From the human T2T-CHM13v2.0 reference genome, Homo sapiens, in NCBI RefSeq assembly GCF_009914755.1, contig NC_060927.1: 64,000 nucleotides of DNA. The stretch is one strand, 5' to 3'. Every line of letters begins with the position of its first letter. Position 1 is the first letter of the stretch. Under the pieces are notes generated by a model, which had not been told where the DNA came from, searched no databases, and saw only the letters and a program-made list of their open reading frames with translations. Below, piece after piece: positions 40,922-56,869 of the stretch. The position numbers and the translations under genes are program-made.

Positions 40922-42185
40922 GTATGTGTAAGGGCATCCGTACCCTGAAATCTTGCCTATGCTATCTGATTAATGGTTCTTCCATTGTGGAGGTCCAGGT
41001 ACCAGCTGCACAATGATCACAATGCATAGTATGGAAAACCTCTTTAATGATGCCAATGTTTTGATAAGTTGTATTTCTAGTAACATTGCTCATTCATTTT
41101 TTTCATTAACAAACAAAATGAAAATCACAAATCAGAACAAGTATCAAATTGCTTCAGCATAAAACTAAATTACCTCCTAACAACTTTGGGGTGTCTGATG
41201 TGAATGATATCATCAGTGATGCAAATTGATTTCCTATATAAAAATGAGGAACTCTGGGGAAAACTTCCCCATGCAAAACACATTTTAATTTCTCTGTTCT
41301 TTAAAGCTTTAGCAACATTGGTTGACTATGAATAAATTTACTGATGGGCCTATTGTATTAAGCTTCAGCTATAAGCATCTCAGGGATTTCAGAGTTGGTA
41401 TCTTATTAAGACAGGCTTTTGGTTTTCCTGGAAATACTTCTGAAGTCATTGGACTATATCTGTGGCTCATGTTTCTTCATGTCTGGGAGTCCTATATTCT
41501 TTTAAAATTTGCATTAGATTAATTGTGGAACCTGTATGGTCTCTCTTGCATGACTCAGTTCTTACTGGAAAATTGGAATGCTTCTTGTAACATGCTGTTT
41601 GTTGTTCCTTTAATCTAATCTTTGTTGTAACACTGAAATCAAGAAGTATAGCACAGCCACGTTCATTCTAAACACTGCCTCTATTTCATATACAAACATA
41701 ATGTGCACAAGTTTTAGGAAAGAACACTCAGAAACTCCTGTATATGTATCTCCTCACCTACTTGCATAATGGTAGTCAGATTCAATTCAGCAATTAAAAA
41801 AATAAAAACATTCCACGTCTTCTATAAACTCAGAAATGAACTACATATTACAAGACAAAGAATAATATGACATGATTTCTTCCACCTCATAGATTCAAGT
41901 CCTAGTTAAAAAGACACCAAGAAAACCAAGAAACTAATTCTAATATCCTTATTAGGATTACTATATCACCTTAATATATGTGAGGGTGTAACAGCGGTAT
42001 CTAAAACAGAATTATCGACAAACCACTGTTAGAGGAGAACATAGAGATTTCTTTTTGGGAAATGAAGTTTATAAAGTCAAGGTAGAATGGGTGAGCTTGG
42101 GACAGGTGGATGTTCAGGAGAGAGAATTTCAGAATGTAATTGAGTAGACCCACGTAGCTGTAAAAAAAAAAAAAAAAAAAGTACT

Positions 42186-42487
<302 letters not shown>

Positions 42488-42699
42488 GTACCAGTGAGGA
42501 CAGAAACAAGAAAGGGGTTAAAATTGTGTAGGTTTTTAAATGATATCCTGGATATTTTAAATTTAAAATTTAATTTAAAATTAAATTTAATTTAAAATTA
42601 AAATTTAAAATTTTGAGCAGACAAAATATGATTCTGCAGGTGTTTCGTAATGTTATTTCAGCAAAGGTGTGTGAAATTGAAATATAAAGGGAGGGAGTG

Positions 42700-43150
42700 G
42701 AAACAAAAAAAAATGTAGGCTTTAAAGCCATAGTACAATAGAGAAATTAGAAAAAAATCAGCTTAACTATTACTATTAGGGTAATAGGAAGGGGTTCACC
42801 ATGAAAGTTTTTAAAGGTAGAGTTGGCTATTGACTCTAACAGTGAAAGAGAGGAATGTATGAAACAAACCCTACATACATGTTGAGTCTTCTGATTGGGA
42901 AAGATGCCTGTGCCTCTTGGTGAGGTAAGAAGTCCAGAAGTAGTAGTAGTAGGTTTTGGGGAGAAGGTGTTGGACATGCTGAGTTAGAGTCTCTGGCATG
43001 GCAACCATGTGGAAGATGTCAAAGAGGAAATTGTAAGAAAGCCCAGGGCTACAGATGCTGACTGAAGTCAAAGGAATAGATAAGATTACCAAAGAATAAT
43101 GTGTAGAAGGGGAAATGGAGTGGAGTGAATTAGGGTGGGCAGTTGAGAAC
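42700..43150 (-). mobile_element. L2 fragment
   Basis: aggttttggggagaagg...ttggacatgctgagttagagt...catgtggaagatgtcaa is a typical reverse L2 motif. Confidence 0.55.
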
Positions 43151-44133
43151 TTGGAGAACATTTGAGAAGAAAGCTGGGCCATGGCCAAGGGATGTTCTGT
43201 CACTCTTGGCCTGTGGGAAGCATGTGGCATGTTAGAAGCATTAGAATGCGAATTATAGTGCATCTAGACCTGCCCAACCCATATACAAAGTCTTGGGTCA
43301 GACAGTTAATAATATTAATCAAGCACCAATCAGAAGCACAAATACTGCACAGGTAAGCAACACCTGGAAACCTCAATAGATAGACTCATAACCGGAGCGG
43401 TCAATATGAAGGGATACTTCCTTATGCAGAGTTTTGCTCAAGCATGCTGATATCTGTTGTCACAGTACAACTCTGAAGACCACGAAAATGTAAATTGCCA
43501 ACATGCAAAAACTGTACCCTTCTATAACTGTGAAGGTTTGAAGAAAAAGGGATGTAACTAAAAATGGGCGGTCAGGGTCTCCATAAGCAAATTATATAGT
43601 GGGAGCGTGGGTGCTTATCAGGACAAATTATACTATGGGTATCCTTATCCTTACATCAGCTCCTAAAATCCCTATCCACGCTATTTTGCAACAGCTTATT
43701 TAATTTTCTGTTTCTGTAGAGAGATTCCTAAAATCAGTGGAAACAGGGCCTGTGTGCTATAGAAAACTTACCTCCAAAGTGGGATGTGTGAAGGGTGATA
43801 CAAGACTGTTTATTGGAGAGGCTAAAAGAAAATATTAGAATTTACATCTCTCTTTGTTTTTTATATCAACTTTTTGTGAACATTACATATTAATATAATC
43901 TTACAAATACATAGATTTTAAATAAATATGAAAATGTTGAGTTTGCTGCTTCAAAATACTTTTATCTCTAGTGATATGAATACTGGTCTCACCAATAAAT
44001 ATGGAAGAAGAAAAGGAGTAAGAGAAGGAGGTAAAAAAGGAAGGAAGAGAGGGAAGGAGGAAAGACGGGGCTGTGGAACAGCCTAGGAAAATCACTTAAA
44101 GAAAGGCATCTGTAAGAAATTGGACAGCGGTTA

Positions 44134-44617
<484 letters not shown>

Positions 44618-45717
44618 TCAGCAAATCATGATCAAAAATATACTACTATCCCTTTCATGTTTTTAGAAAAATACTATTTTAATGATATGCCGATGTATAT
44701 TAGAGTATTTTCCTTTCAAAAAATAGACCTTGACATAGATATGAGAAGATATGATTAGAAAGACAGCAATTATAGAAAATTGTGTATAATTGTTCATGAT
44801 GACCAAGGGAATAATAGGAGAAAGATATGAGGTCATGGAAAGGTTCAAGGAACTGATAAGAACGAGTATTGAAACAATCGTCTAAATGTTTATTGGAATT
44901 GCCAAGAAATGAAACAGGAGTTGTATTAGAAAAAGTGACTAATCCAGAAAGTATCTGCGGAGAAATAATGGGATGGGAAATGATACTAGGGATCTGTAGA
45001 CCATGATGAAAATGAAGACTAGTTGGTTATAAAATTTGATGATGTGAGATTCTAAATGGGAGATTTTAGGTAGGGGAGAAACCATACTGAGAAAGGAGGA
45101 AAGTGGACTACCACTTACAGGTCCAGTGGGAGGAAGGATATGGGAGAAAAAAAAAGAAACAAAACTCAAACTTGAGAGGGCTACAAAGGAAGTAGTGTCC
45201 TCAGGGTAAGTTAGGTAGTGATGGGAAACATGCAAATTAAAGCAATATGCAGTGATAGTTTATAACCCCTGAAGTAGCAAACATTATAACATGTAGGCCA
45301 TTCATGCTGTTCACTCTGAAACTGGTTCATCCATTCTTCATTGGTACCATGCTAAATCGGTACAGCTTTTTTAAAGTCAGTATGGAAACAGCAATAAAGA
45401 GCATACAGTTGAAACTAGTTAGTCTGTTGAGAATATTTATTCAAATATGTTATCTAAACATATGTTTTAAATTATGTATCTATGTACAACTTTGAGCACT
45501 CTCATTTTCCTTACTAGGAAAAAATATAGGAAGCATCCAAATTCTAGCTTATGGAGCATATACAACTGTTATGTAGCTGTTAAAATGGTAGTCATAAAGA
45601 CTAGATTATGCCAAGCCTAGAAAAATGTTTATTATATGAAGTTAAATCAATATAAAAGGATATAAAATAATGTGTACACTGAACATGGAGCTATGTAAAT
45701 ATTTGAGAGTCAGGATC

Positions 45718-45915
45718 AGTGTGGTTATGACTGTGGTAGATCCAGGCTGCCTGGGTTGAACGCTGCCTCTTCGCTTAGTAGCTGTGTGACCTGTGGTAAA
45801 TTAGTCAACTGCACTGTGCCTTCTGCAAGGTAAGAACATCAGCAAAGTAATAACAGAGCCTCACTCACAGTGTGTTGTGATGATTAACAAAGTTAATACA
45901 TGGAAAATGTTTGAC
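45718..45915 (+). mobile_element. MIR SINE
   Basis: agtgtggttatgactgtgg...ggctgcctgggttgaa...gcttagtagctgtgtgacc...gttgtgatgattaa. Confidence 0.7.
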
Positions 45916-47831
45916 GATATCTCCTGTTACTTTTGTATAAAATACTGGCAATATCAAGCAAGACAAAAATGTTTGTTTTAACATGGTGGGCTTATGGGTG
46001 ATATATTATTATTATTATTATCTTAACATTTCTCCAAATCTGTTCTGTTTTTTTGGGCAAGAAAAAAATACAGCTCTTGGAAAAATTAAGCTGGTTTTAA
46101 TTATGTTTATATTTTGATTGTTCTTTCTATGGAACCTGAGTAACTCATGACTGTATGGTTCTTCGTTTTTGTAAAATAATTCCAGATGAAAATAGTGAAG
46201 AATTAGGAGAGAATAACATGTTTTGCTTTTTAAAATAATAGGCAGAGGTTGAGTACTTCTTGACCATTGCTTTATTTAGGAAAGAAATTACAGGATGTGT
46301 GAGGTGCCTTTTTCAAACAAAATCATTAAGAGCATCAAGACTGTCGTCATTAGAGGACACAAATTGGATTTGGTCTTCTCTGTGACACTTGGTTTTGAAT
46401 CCTTTGCAACTTTATCTCCAGGCAAAGGCTATACAATTAAATCTAAACATTATGAACTGAAGGATTTGTTTATTTTTATTTTTAAAGACATGATAGTAAT
46501 TCAATTCTTCATTAGCTGTTACACGTACAGCATATTGTGTGTAAGTTAGTCTTTACCAAGGTATGAGAAAGTCCATGAACTTGTCTCCTTAGAGATAAAA
46601 AGAAAAGGTATAAAAATTAACCTAATGCATTAAACCAACAGAATTGAATCCTATTTTAGCATTTAAAAGAAAAGCTTTTATGCTCTCCTGAATCCCACCC
46701 ACACCCTGTAAGTTAGGGACAGTAGTCAGGCCTAGGTAAGCTTACTCACTTTTTTATTCCGGAAGGGGTTATCAGGAACTTTCAACATAACCTCTCGTTT
46801 TCAAGATTATTCTTTCTTGGGTGGTGGCTGCATCAGCTTTCATTCCGTATAATATGACAACATACAACAAAGCAGTCACCATCAAGCCAAAATGACCAGA
46901 AATTGCTGAACAAAGCGAGTAACAGCTCCAGATGGGGAGTAATGAAAAACAGACCACAGTTCTCATTCAGATATTCAAACACAAGGACTAAATAAGAGCT
47001 ATTGTACAAGACACAGAGATTTGCACTGCATTTTTTGCTTGTTTGGCTTTTGTTTTCCCCCATGTGTTTTCCTTCTGGATCAGTGTATTTGCTAAATTAA
47101 AAAGTCAGGGAAAATTAAATGAAAGCTATTGGAAACAAGGTGTAAATCTTAAAAGAATTCACTTGTCTATGCCTTCCTGCTTTTGAAGGTTGGTTTCCCT
47201 TTTCTCCCTGCACCCACCAGCCTTACCACCATCATATTTCCGACAGGCTATATGTTTAGAGTAGAGGGAATGAGTAATGGATATTCCGTAGAAAGTTTCC
47301 ATGCCTATTAACCATAGGATATAAGAGTAGATAGAGTGTGCCAAACATACCAGCTCACTTCTGAGGGTTTGAAATACTCTCTTTTGCCTTTGTTGTCACA
47401 GGCTGGTTAAATTATATTTATGGAGCTTATGTTACCTTTGACATAACATTGAGCCCTTAAAATCAAAATTGGAGACAAGTATCCAAAAGTTCTGAAATCA
47501 TCCATGAAGGATATTCATTCATTCATTCATTATTAAATAAAATCATAAATTGTTATTTCTTCTATAAGAGAAATAATTCTGCATATGACACTTATTTTAT
47601 AGAGAGGATTTAGAGCCCATCTAGATTGTCTCAGAGAGTGGTGTGACTTTGTTACTGGACTGAATCCATTTAGCAGTTCTAAACTCACAATCATGTTATA
47701 CATTTTGAAAGTATTTCTAGGTGAATAAATATTAGGCCATACACTTGGATGACTTTGGAATTCATCAATTTTATTTTACTTTTCTTGTTTATGCACTGAT
47801 GGAATATTTATACATGTGAGGGAAATACATA

Positions 47832-48138
47832 TTTCTTTCTTTCTTTTTTTTTTTTTTTTGAGACATAGTCTTCTTCTGTCACCCAGGCTGGAGTGCAGTG
47901 GTGCGATCTTGGCTCACTGTAACCTCCACCTCCAGCAATTATTCTCCTGCCTCAGCCTCCCGAGTAGCTGGGATTACAGGTGCGCGCCACCATGCCCCAT
48001 TAATTTTTTTTTGTATTTTTATTAGAGACAAGGTTTCACCATGTGGGCCAGGCTGGTTGAACTCCTGACCTCAAGTGATCCACTTGCCTCGGCCTCCCAA
48101 AATGCTGGGATTACAGGTGTGAGCCACTGCGCCCGGTC
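47832..48138 (-). mobile_element. AluSx-like with a small internal deletion
   Basis: Full antisense Alu. TSD gaaataca(t/g)atttct. Confidence 0.93.
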
Positions 48139-49389
48139 AGAAATACAGATTTCTGTGTTGAACCCCCTGAATCTGGAAGGAGGGCAGGATATTATATTTT
48201 GTTATATGTTTAGGTAGAGTAATTACAGGACATGAGGTATCCTTTACCTATGGATTAGTTTTAACAAGTGACACTGACATGCATTTGTGGTGAAATGTTT
48301 AAGTGGAACTATTTAACTCTGGCGGATAACAGACATTTCCAGGGCTGGTCCACATGGAAATCAAGCAAGTAAAGGAAGAAACCAACACCATGGAAAGCCT
48401 CTTTTCTAGTACCTTTATTTCTTGAAAGCAGTGGAAACTAAAATAAATGTTCTGTGAAATTTATGAGTGTGAGGAATTACATTTTGAGAAGAATAATCAC
48501 CTCCACCAGGTGGGCTCACAGTCTATTGAGCAAGAAGCTCATGAGAAGCAAAATGGCTTGAAAAACACATTTATTCAATTTTCATATAATGGGATTAGGT
48601 ATACCCCGCCCACATCAAAAAAAAAAAAAAAGAAAAAAAGAAAAGACAAAAAAAAGTTATATTTTAAATTATATTTCTCTTTGGAATATGAAGTGTGTAA
48701 TATTTCCCTAGCCTTTTTTTGTGAATTTTACTCTAATCTACTCTAGTATTAAGTTTACCACCAGTCATAGGTCATCAATATATAAACTTGAAGGTTTGCT
48801 TTATTTGATTTTGATATTGGCTTTTGTTTTCATTTCAGAAAAGGTTAGCATATGCAGGAACTTTGGAACCTTCATTAGTGCATCAAGTTTACTCAGAATT
48901 GTCCTGTAGGTACATTTTACGTAGAATTTTTATCCTGTGACTCTTTTAAGAAAATACCAATTTTTCTTGTCTTACAGCCAAGTTCGGAAAGAATATCCAC
49001 TTTGATGGTAAATGGTCTTTATTTGTTGTCTACAACCCAACCAGACAACTACAACTAAAGGCAATACTTCTGCCAAAAATTAGCTTTCCAAACTTATTAT
49101 TTCCAATATCAGGATATTAATTATGTTATGATTATTTAGTGTTAACTTTGAGAAGTCCTTGATATAAATGTAAAACAAAATAGGTATTTATGTTTTGGAA
49201 GTCATACAGCTACACGTTTTTCAGCAGGTTTTATAGCTATATATTTACTCAGCATTTGCTTGTAATCACTTAATATACATATTAGACAAAAGTAAAATTA
49301 TCCACTAACATGAAATATAACATCAGCATTGCTGTTTTAAGCATCAACTTGTGTTCAATAGCCTTTAGTACTGTAACCTACTTCCCTAA

Positions 49390-49726
<337 letters not shown>

Positions 49727-50200
49727 TGGGAAAACATTTTTAAAATAATTGTTGAGGAATATAAAACAGCTTAAAAATAAAATGATAGAGTTACATTACT
49801 TTCACCCGTAAACCGAATGTTACTTTTACTAATCCATGTTATCTGACTAAACAGAAACTGTCGTCCAGGTATTCTGTTTGCTTCCTTGCTCCTGTCTTTC
49901 ACTTCCCTATTTTAAGAATTTGACTCATGTCGATAAACATAAAATGCTCTCTCTTCCTACCTCTAGTAGTCTATGTAAATTATTGCTTCCAAAAGTCACC
50001 TTCTCAAAAAGTCCTCCAAGACTCTACTCATCCTATCTAAACACCTTTACAAAACCACTTCCTTTGGGCACCATCTGTGTGCAAAGATCTAAGGATACCC
50101 CATCTCTCATCTCTCATGCTTTTATGATTAGTTTGTGTCCTTCCTCTAGATTATAAACTCCCTGGGACCCAGGTAGTTAGGATTATTGCCGAAGTATTGA

Positions 50201-50716
<516 letters not shown>

Positions 50717-52897
50717 AAAAGTATTCATTCTTAATTCAGAGTACTTATTTTGTTAATGTGGAGTTATTCTTTTTAATGGTTTAAAGCTATTTTTGTTCAT
50801 TAATGATTTTATTAATACATGGCAAATTGTATATACTAATGTATATTTAAAATGATATACAAAATATAATAATGTATAATGCACAAATATGATATATGTG
50901 TGTATTCAGTTCACTAAAATTTATGTAAACTTGTAATACTATGTAAATAACCTTTTAAATATAAAAAAGACACAGTTCTTCAAAAATTTTCTAATTGAAG
51001 TCTATACCAAGAAATTCTCTAAGTTATGATCTTAGTTTCCTTGGACAAGGCACATAACATCTCTGAACATCTGTTTTTCAACTGTCAAGTGAGGTTATCT
51101 ACACCTGCAATACAAAGGTATTTTCAGAACTACATGGAACCATGTTTGTTATATGCCGGGCACATACATCAGGCAAATGTTTCTATGGCCTTGGACTTGG
51201 ATACCTTCTAGGAACCAACTTGTTTAGAGCTTGTATGTAACTTACATAATTTAATGCCATTCTGAGTACATTTTAACTGTAAGAAATGTGTGTTTTATGA
51301 ATTGACTTGTGTTTATTGAGATTAGCTTCGTTAATAGCAAAAAGTATAAGTACTTAAAGGATGTCTTAAAGGTATGAAAGATACCTTTTGGTGTTGGCTA
51401 TATGATAGCTTCAAGATTTTTTAGGGCCTATAAACCTGGTGTGTTTGAGATAAAGCAAATTCCATCGCAGTGACAGGTGATGGAATTCATTCTAGTTGAG
51501 TTGTATAGGTTCTGGGAAAAAAATTTTCTTTGTTCACTCCTTTGTTATGCTATTCACTCTGTAATATTGTTTTACAAGTTTAAAGGAAAAAAATGCCTAA
51601 AGATTCTTGACTCCTTAGTTTTTTAAACTATGGTAAAAGCATCTAACATTTAAGGCATGGTCAATCATCATTTGCTTTGGTGCTAGCCATTGTTCTTATT
51701 ATTAGTTAATCATATTGATTCTAAATAGCTATTCTTTTTCCTTCCCTTTAGTAAAGAAAAGAGAACTCTGGGGTATGAAAGAGAAAAACTCATGTACATA
51801 GCTGCAAAACAAAACAAAACAAAACAAGCTACAAAAACCTAAATAGAGTTTGAAAGGTGAATGTACCACTTGATATGCTTCTTCAAAGGACTATAAGTGA
51901 GCTCAGATGCCTGCTTATCTATAAAATATTGGCAATATAAGTACTTTAATATGATCATTTTAGAAACAGGTATAATTTTCTCCTTGAGTTGTGGAATAAG
52001 AGAAAATTACAAAGTTTTCATTTAATTTCTACTTCTCTTAAGAAAAGGGCAGTTTATTTTCACTGCTAGGCATACAGATAGACCTATTGGTCATTCAGCG
52101 GACACCAGCCCTGAATTAGCAGAAACCTGTATCATAAAGCATATTTGGAACACTTTTTCTATGCCACTTTTAAAAACACAATTTCTTTCGATAAACAATA
52201 GGAAGCTTAAGCTGCAGATATCACAGCTGTTCATATTCTCAGATCTCGTCCACAATTCAAACAGCAGCAGCTGAAACAAACGATTTTAGGGAAGCAACTG
52301 TCAAAAAACACACTGGGCCTTGGGCTTAAGGGTAGTGTGAAAAATAACCATATTTGAGATATACTGAATGAAATCATGTGGTGAAATTCCACGGGAAATA
52401 TAAAGCACATTGGAATTTATGTCTTTGGGACACATGCTGCAATAGATAAACCAAAAACTGTAGCTTTTAATCAATGAGAAGGATTTTCTTTTTTTTTTTT
52501 TGTAAAAAAGAAGAATTACATAAGGTAGAATTTGTAGGCTCATTAAAAAAAATAGTATTAAGACACTGTGGCATAAAATTTTCTCAATCTTCCCATACAT
52601 TCTTTTGAATGACGAGGGGTTCAAAGTGAGAAAATTCCTAATTTCACATCTAAGATATAAGGAAATTATTGGTAATACTATTTCTTTTTATAGGGAAGCA
52701 GATGATAAAATTGAGAATATGACAAGAGGACAACTTAACAAGTCAAAGATTCCCGTATAGAAAATAGAAATTTTCTCAGTCTATCTCAATTTCTGGCTAT
52801 TGTTTTGAACCAAATAAGAATAACTCCAAGTGAAATATAAATATATATATATAATTTTATTATATATACATATATTTACATATTTATTCTACATATA

Positions 52898-53230
52898 TAG
52901 TCATGTATTACATAATGATGTTTTGGTCATCGACAAAACTCATATATGACAGTTGTCCCATAGGATTATACCATGTTTTTACTGTACCTTTTCTATGTTT
53001 AGATATACAAATACTTATGATTGTGTTACCATTGCCTACAGTATTCAGTATTGCAATATGCGGTACAGGTTTGTAGCCTAGGAGTAATATGCTATACCAT
53101 ACAGCCTAGGTGTATAGTAGGCTATACCATCTACATTTGTGTAAGTAAACTGTGGTGTTTGCACAATAATTAAATCACCTAAGGACACATTTCTCAGAAT
53201 GTATTCCCATTGTTAAGTGATGCATGACTG
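52898..53230. mobile_element. MER47A-like Tigger MITE
   Basis: Termini tagtcatgtattacataatgatg / cattgttaagtgatgcatgactg, and internal cagcctaggtgtatagtaggctataccatcta. Confidence 0.75.
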
Positions 53231-53259
53231 TATATAATTACATGTGTATGTCAGTACAT

Positions 53260-53285
53260 CTGTGTGTGTGTGTGTGTGTGTGTGT
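53260..53285. repeat. (TG)n microsatellite
   Basis: Direct reading. Confidence 0.95.
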
Positions 53286-56200
53286 ATCACAGGGACAAAA
53301 CATTTATGAGGTATTTTTATTCAAAGAGAGTTTAAAAATTGTTATATAAAGATTTACCTAAAAGTTTATATTTTAGTTTAATAAAATGTAAAAAGGAATC
53401 TTGAAATGAAATCCCCATAGTTCTTTGTAATTAAGCATCTGCTATGTTACATAAACCGAAAAGTCCTGGGGAAGTTGTTCTGCCTTAGGGAGTTGTCAGG
53501 TTCTTTGTGGTTGTCTGCTGTTGTGAGAAGTAATTTAAGATAAGTAAGAACAAGTTAACACTGCATATACAATTATCTAATAAAAGCTTGTTCAAGCATT
53601 GATATCATGTGTATATGTTTAAAATCTCCATGAAAGTTTAACACGTCCACTTTGTATTTGCCACATATTATGTCTTATTAATATGGACTATTAGTACAAC
53701 TAAGTACATTCCTTTATGGTGTCCAGGTCAGTCTATATTTCCACTCTGTGCGTCTTTCAAAAGTTACTAGTTTAGAGCCAACCCTTTGTCTCTGTTTACT
53801 GTTGCAGACATTTTAAAAAATTCATATAAAATATATCTTTCCAGATAAGATGGTTCCAGTTTACAAGTGATCTTCTGTAGACAATAGAAAGCCAGTATCA
53901 CACGTAAATTTGTGAAAACATCCGACGCTGTTGCAAGCCCGAGGTTAATGTATCCGTTTTAGGAGGAAGACTTACGGTGCTTCTGTTAACCGCAGCCATT
54001 TGTTGCATCAAGGGTCAGCCCTATCTGCATTAGCATTTACCAACATCTCTATCTTTTGTTTCCTGTCTGAGTTTACTTAAATATGGAAGGTAAACTCTTC
54101 AACCTATCTCCCATCAGCCTATCAACCAACCAATCAGTGGACCAAATAAAACAGACTAAAGAACCAATACCCAAACTCAAAACATAAACATAAAAATACT
54201 CAAAAAAGAGGGGAAAGTCAATCCTAAGGGGAGGGATCATGAATGGTGTCTTTGGCTTGCTTGCCCAGGAGAGACGCCCTACTTAACAGTGAGCAGAAAA
54301 TGAGTAAACGAAGAGCTGTGTAGTCCTCAGAAAAATGGTTCGCGGTAGTTATGGTGTCAGAGATATATTTATACTAACATACTCTGCAGCTCAGCCCCAT
54401 GAGCATACTGAGTCTAGAAGTCTCTTAGAACATTCCTGTAATTCATCAGAAGGGCAAATTTGTCTAGGGAAGGAATTTTGTTTGGCTACAATACTGTTAA
54501 AAGTATTTAAATTAGAATGCCTTTTAGCGGGACCTAAACTATCCTTTATTTTCTTAAAACCAGCCCGCTTCACTCATTTGTATACCTGCTTGGCCATTGA
54601 AGACATGTGCATCTTCAACTTTCAATAGCCTATACCATTGTTGAATGGACATCAAGTAACTAACAAAATTATTATTATTCGCATTTTACTCATGAGGAAA
54701 CAAACCAGGAGATGCTGTGAAATGTGTCAAACATCAAATGGTCATCCAAACCTAAGTCTGTCTAACTCCCAAAGCATAGGTCTCTCCACTGTTTCACTCT
54801 TTCTCCCATAAAATAATCCCAATAAGTAAGACTAGAAGTAAATGATCCTGGATGTTTTTAATGACAATTAGACACAAGCACAATGTTTTGAGTTCGCATA
54901 AAGGCAGACAATTTGATAGAAACATGTAGTAGTTCTTATTCTCCCACTTCCATCCCACTATAAACAGTATCGATTAGGGGTTCTAGTTCTGTTTGTCACT
55001 GAATATAGATATAAAAACATGGAGATGGCACTATGAAAGCACATGTTCCTTTTGAAAATATTTTGATCATTTTGTTCCATTTAAAATCATTTTCCTTTTT
55101 TATATTTTGAGAATGGTTTTCTGCTAACTTCAATTTTGCACTTATGTTGGCAAATGTCTAGCTTTCTATCTAGGTTAACTTTAAAGTGAGCTGCAGTTAA
55201 ATAAATTTTAAGTGGGAAAATAGCCTCAGAATTATTGTGGTAGAAAGACAAGGTGCAGCTGATACTTTCTCTTACTCTCAGGACTCAGAATGAGCCATGT
55301 GCTTCTTTAAAGGGCCTATGTGGTCGTTTCAGAGCAAATGCTCTCTTTCATCTTATTTAAGTTCTGTTTGGCTTGCCTCCCATATTTGCTCAGTGGGGAT
55401 AAGGTTAAGACCTCTGAGGAGGCCACTCTATCCCAATTACTTACCCAGTCTCTTTTCTTTTCTTCAAATAGCTTGCGTGTAGTTGTGGAGAATGTTTGGG
55501 GGTCATTATCTTCTTGATGGATGAATCCAGAGATAAACAAACATTTTCTATTTGAATTCTAAAGGTATGATAAAGTTTAATCCAAAGACTTTTATGTTTT
55601 GAATTCATCCAGGCACCAATTCTTGCAGCAAAACATCCAAACGCCTGCTAAGGCCAATTATTTCTTTTGAAATCTGGTTTTTCTCAGAAAGTTCTTCCCC
55701 CATCCACGTAGTTTCCTATTGTCTCAAGTTGCCCTCCAGCCTCTAATTCTTACCGAGATTTACCTTGTCATTCATTCCCTTCTGTCCTTTACGGAAATGT
55801 TAAGCATCTGTGCTCAGTTTTTTTCAACAGCTATATTCAAGCACATGCTTTATTTCCTCGTACTCACTCTAGATTCCCCTGTCCAAGTTTGAGTCTGAAT
55901 TTTTACAGTGTTTAGATTCTAACTACATTTCTTTCTTGCCTAGTTCCTGAGTGGTCTTTCTCTGGCCTGACATTCTACTTCCAGGCACCAATCCTAATAT
56001 AACTGGATCCTGCTTTGGGAACTGTAAGGAGGATTGTTTTACTTCTCCAACACCATTGTCTGTGTTAATTTTGCTGATAGGATTTTTATAGGAAGCAGCA
56101 TAACAGCAAGGCAGTCATTTCATATTTGTAACCAAAATCAAGTAATTCTCAGGTAGACCACAGATGTATTTTTTCCTGCTTCTTTGAAGCTGAAGATCGT

Positions 56201-56869
56201 TTGCAATAGGTGCCTATAAAGTACCTCTGCAGTGGAAAAAATAACATCCTATGTGGCATGGCATCCCTGTTCCTCCATGGAAACCACAGTTAGTTTTGAC
56301 ATTGCCAGAATTTTTGAATTTTGGGGAGAAGCTATGGGGAAAAAATGTAAAGGCTTTCTCATCTGGATTTAACTCGAGTTAAAGCATTACCTGAAGCTCT
56401 GTGCGGCCTTGTTTGGGCTTTGTTCTCTAAACAGTTTGTAGATGATTGTGTTCAGAATTCCCAGCCCACATTAGCTAACTGCACACATGTGGAAACACAG
56501 AGAGGCTATGACCTTTAGATCCACTCCAGAAATACAAACTTGGTCTCTAAGTTTAGAGAGGAAATTCTTCCCTCTCACTAGCCAGGATCTGGGACTGATG
56601 TTTTGCCCAGGTCACACATATGTCTGAGCCGTGCCAGTTAGTAGGGGAAAAAAATGACCTCTTGGGTAATTTGTACGTCATGAAGACTTGGCTCTGTCTT
56701 GGTCCAGGGAGCAGCAGCTCATTTAAAGTGCACAGGACCTTATGAGTTTTAGGGGGCCACAAAACATGAACCCAAATAAAGTGGAAATTTGTGATGATTG
56801 GTCTATGAGAAGGCAACCATAAAAATAATTTAAGAGGCAGTGAGCAGGCCTCTTGCCTTTTTTTCTGTC

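Noticed and set aside
48590-48660. Orphan A-rich tract that might be the tail of a tiny retrocopy
   Set aside because: No TSD and no recognisable upstream body.
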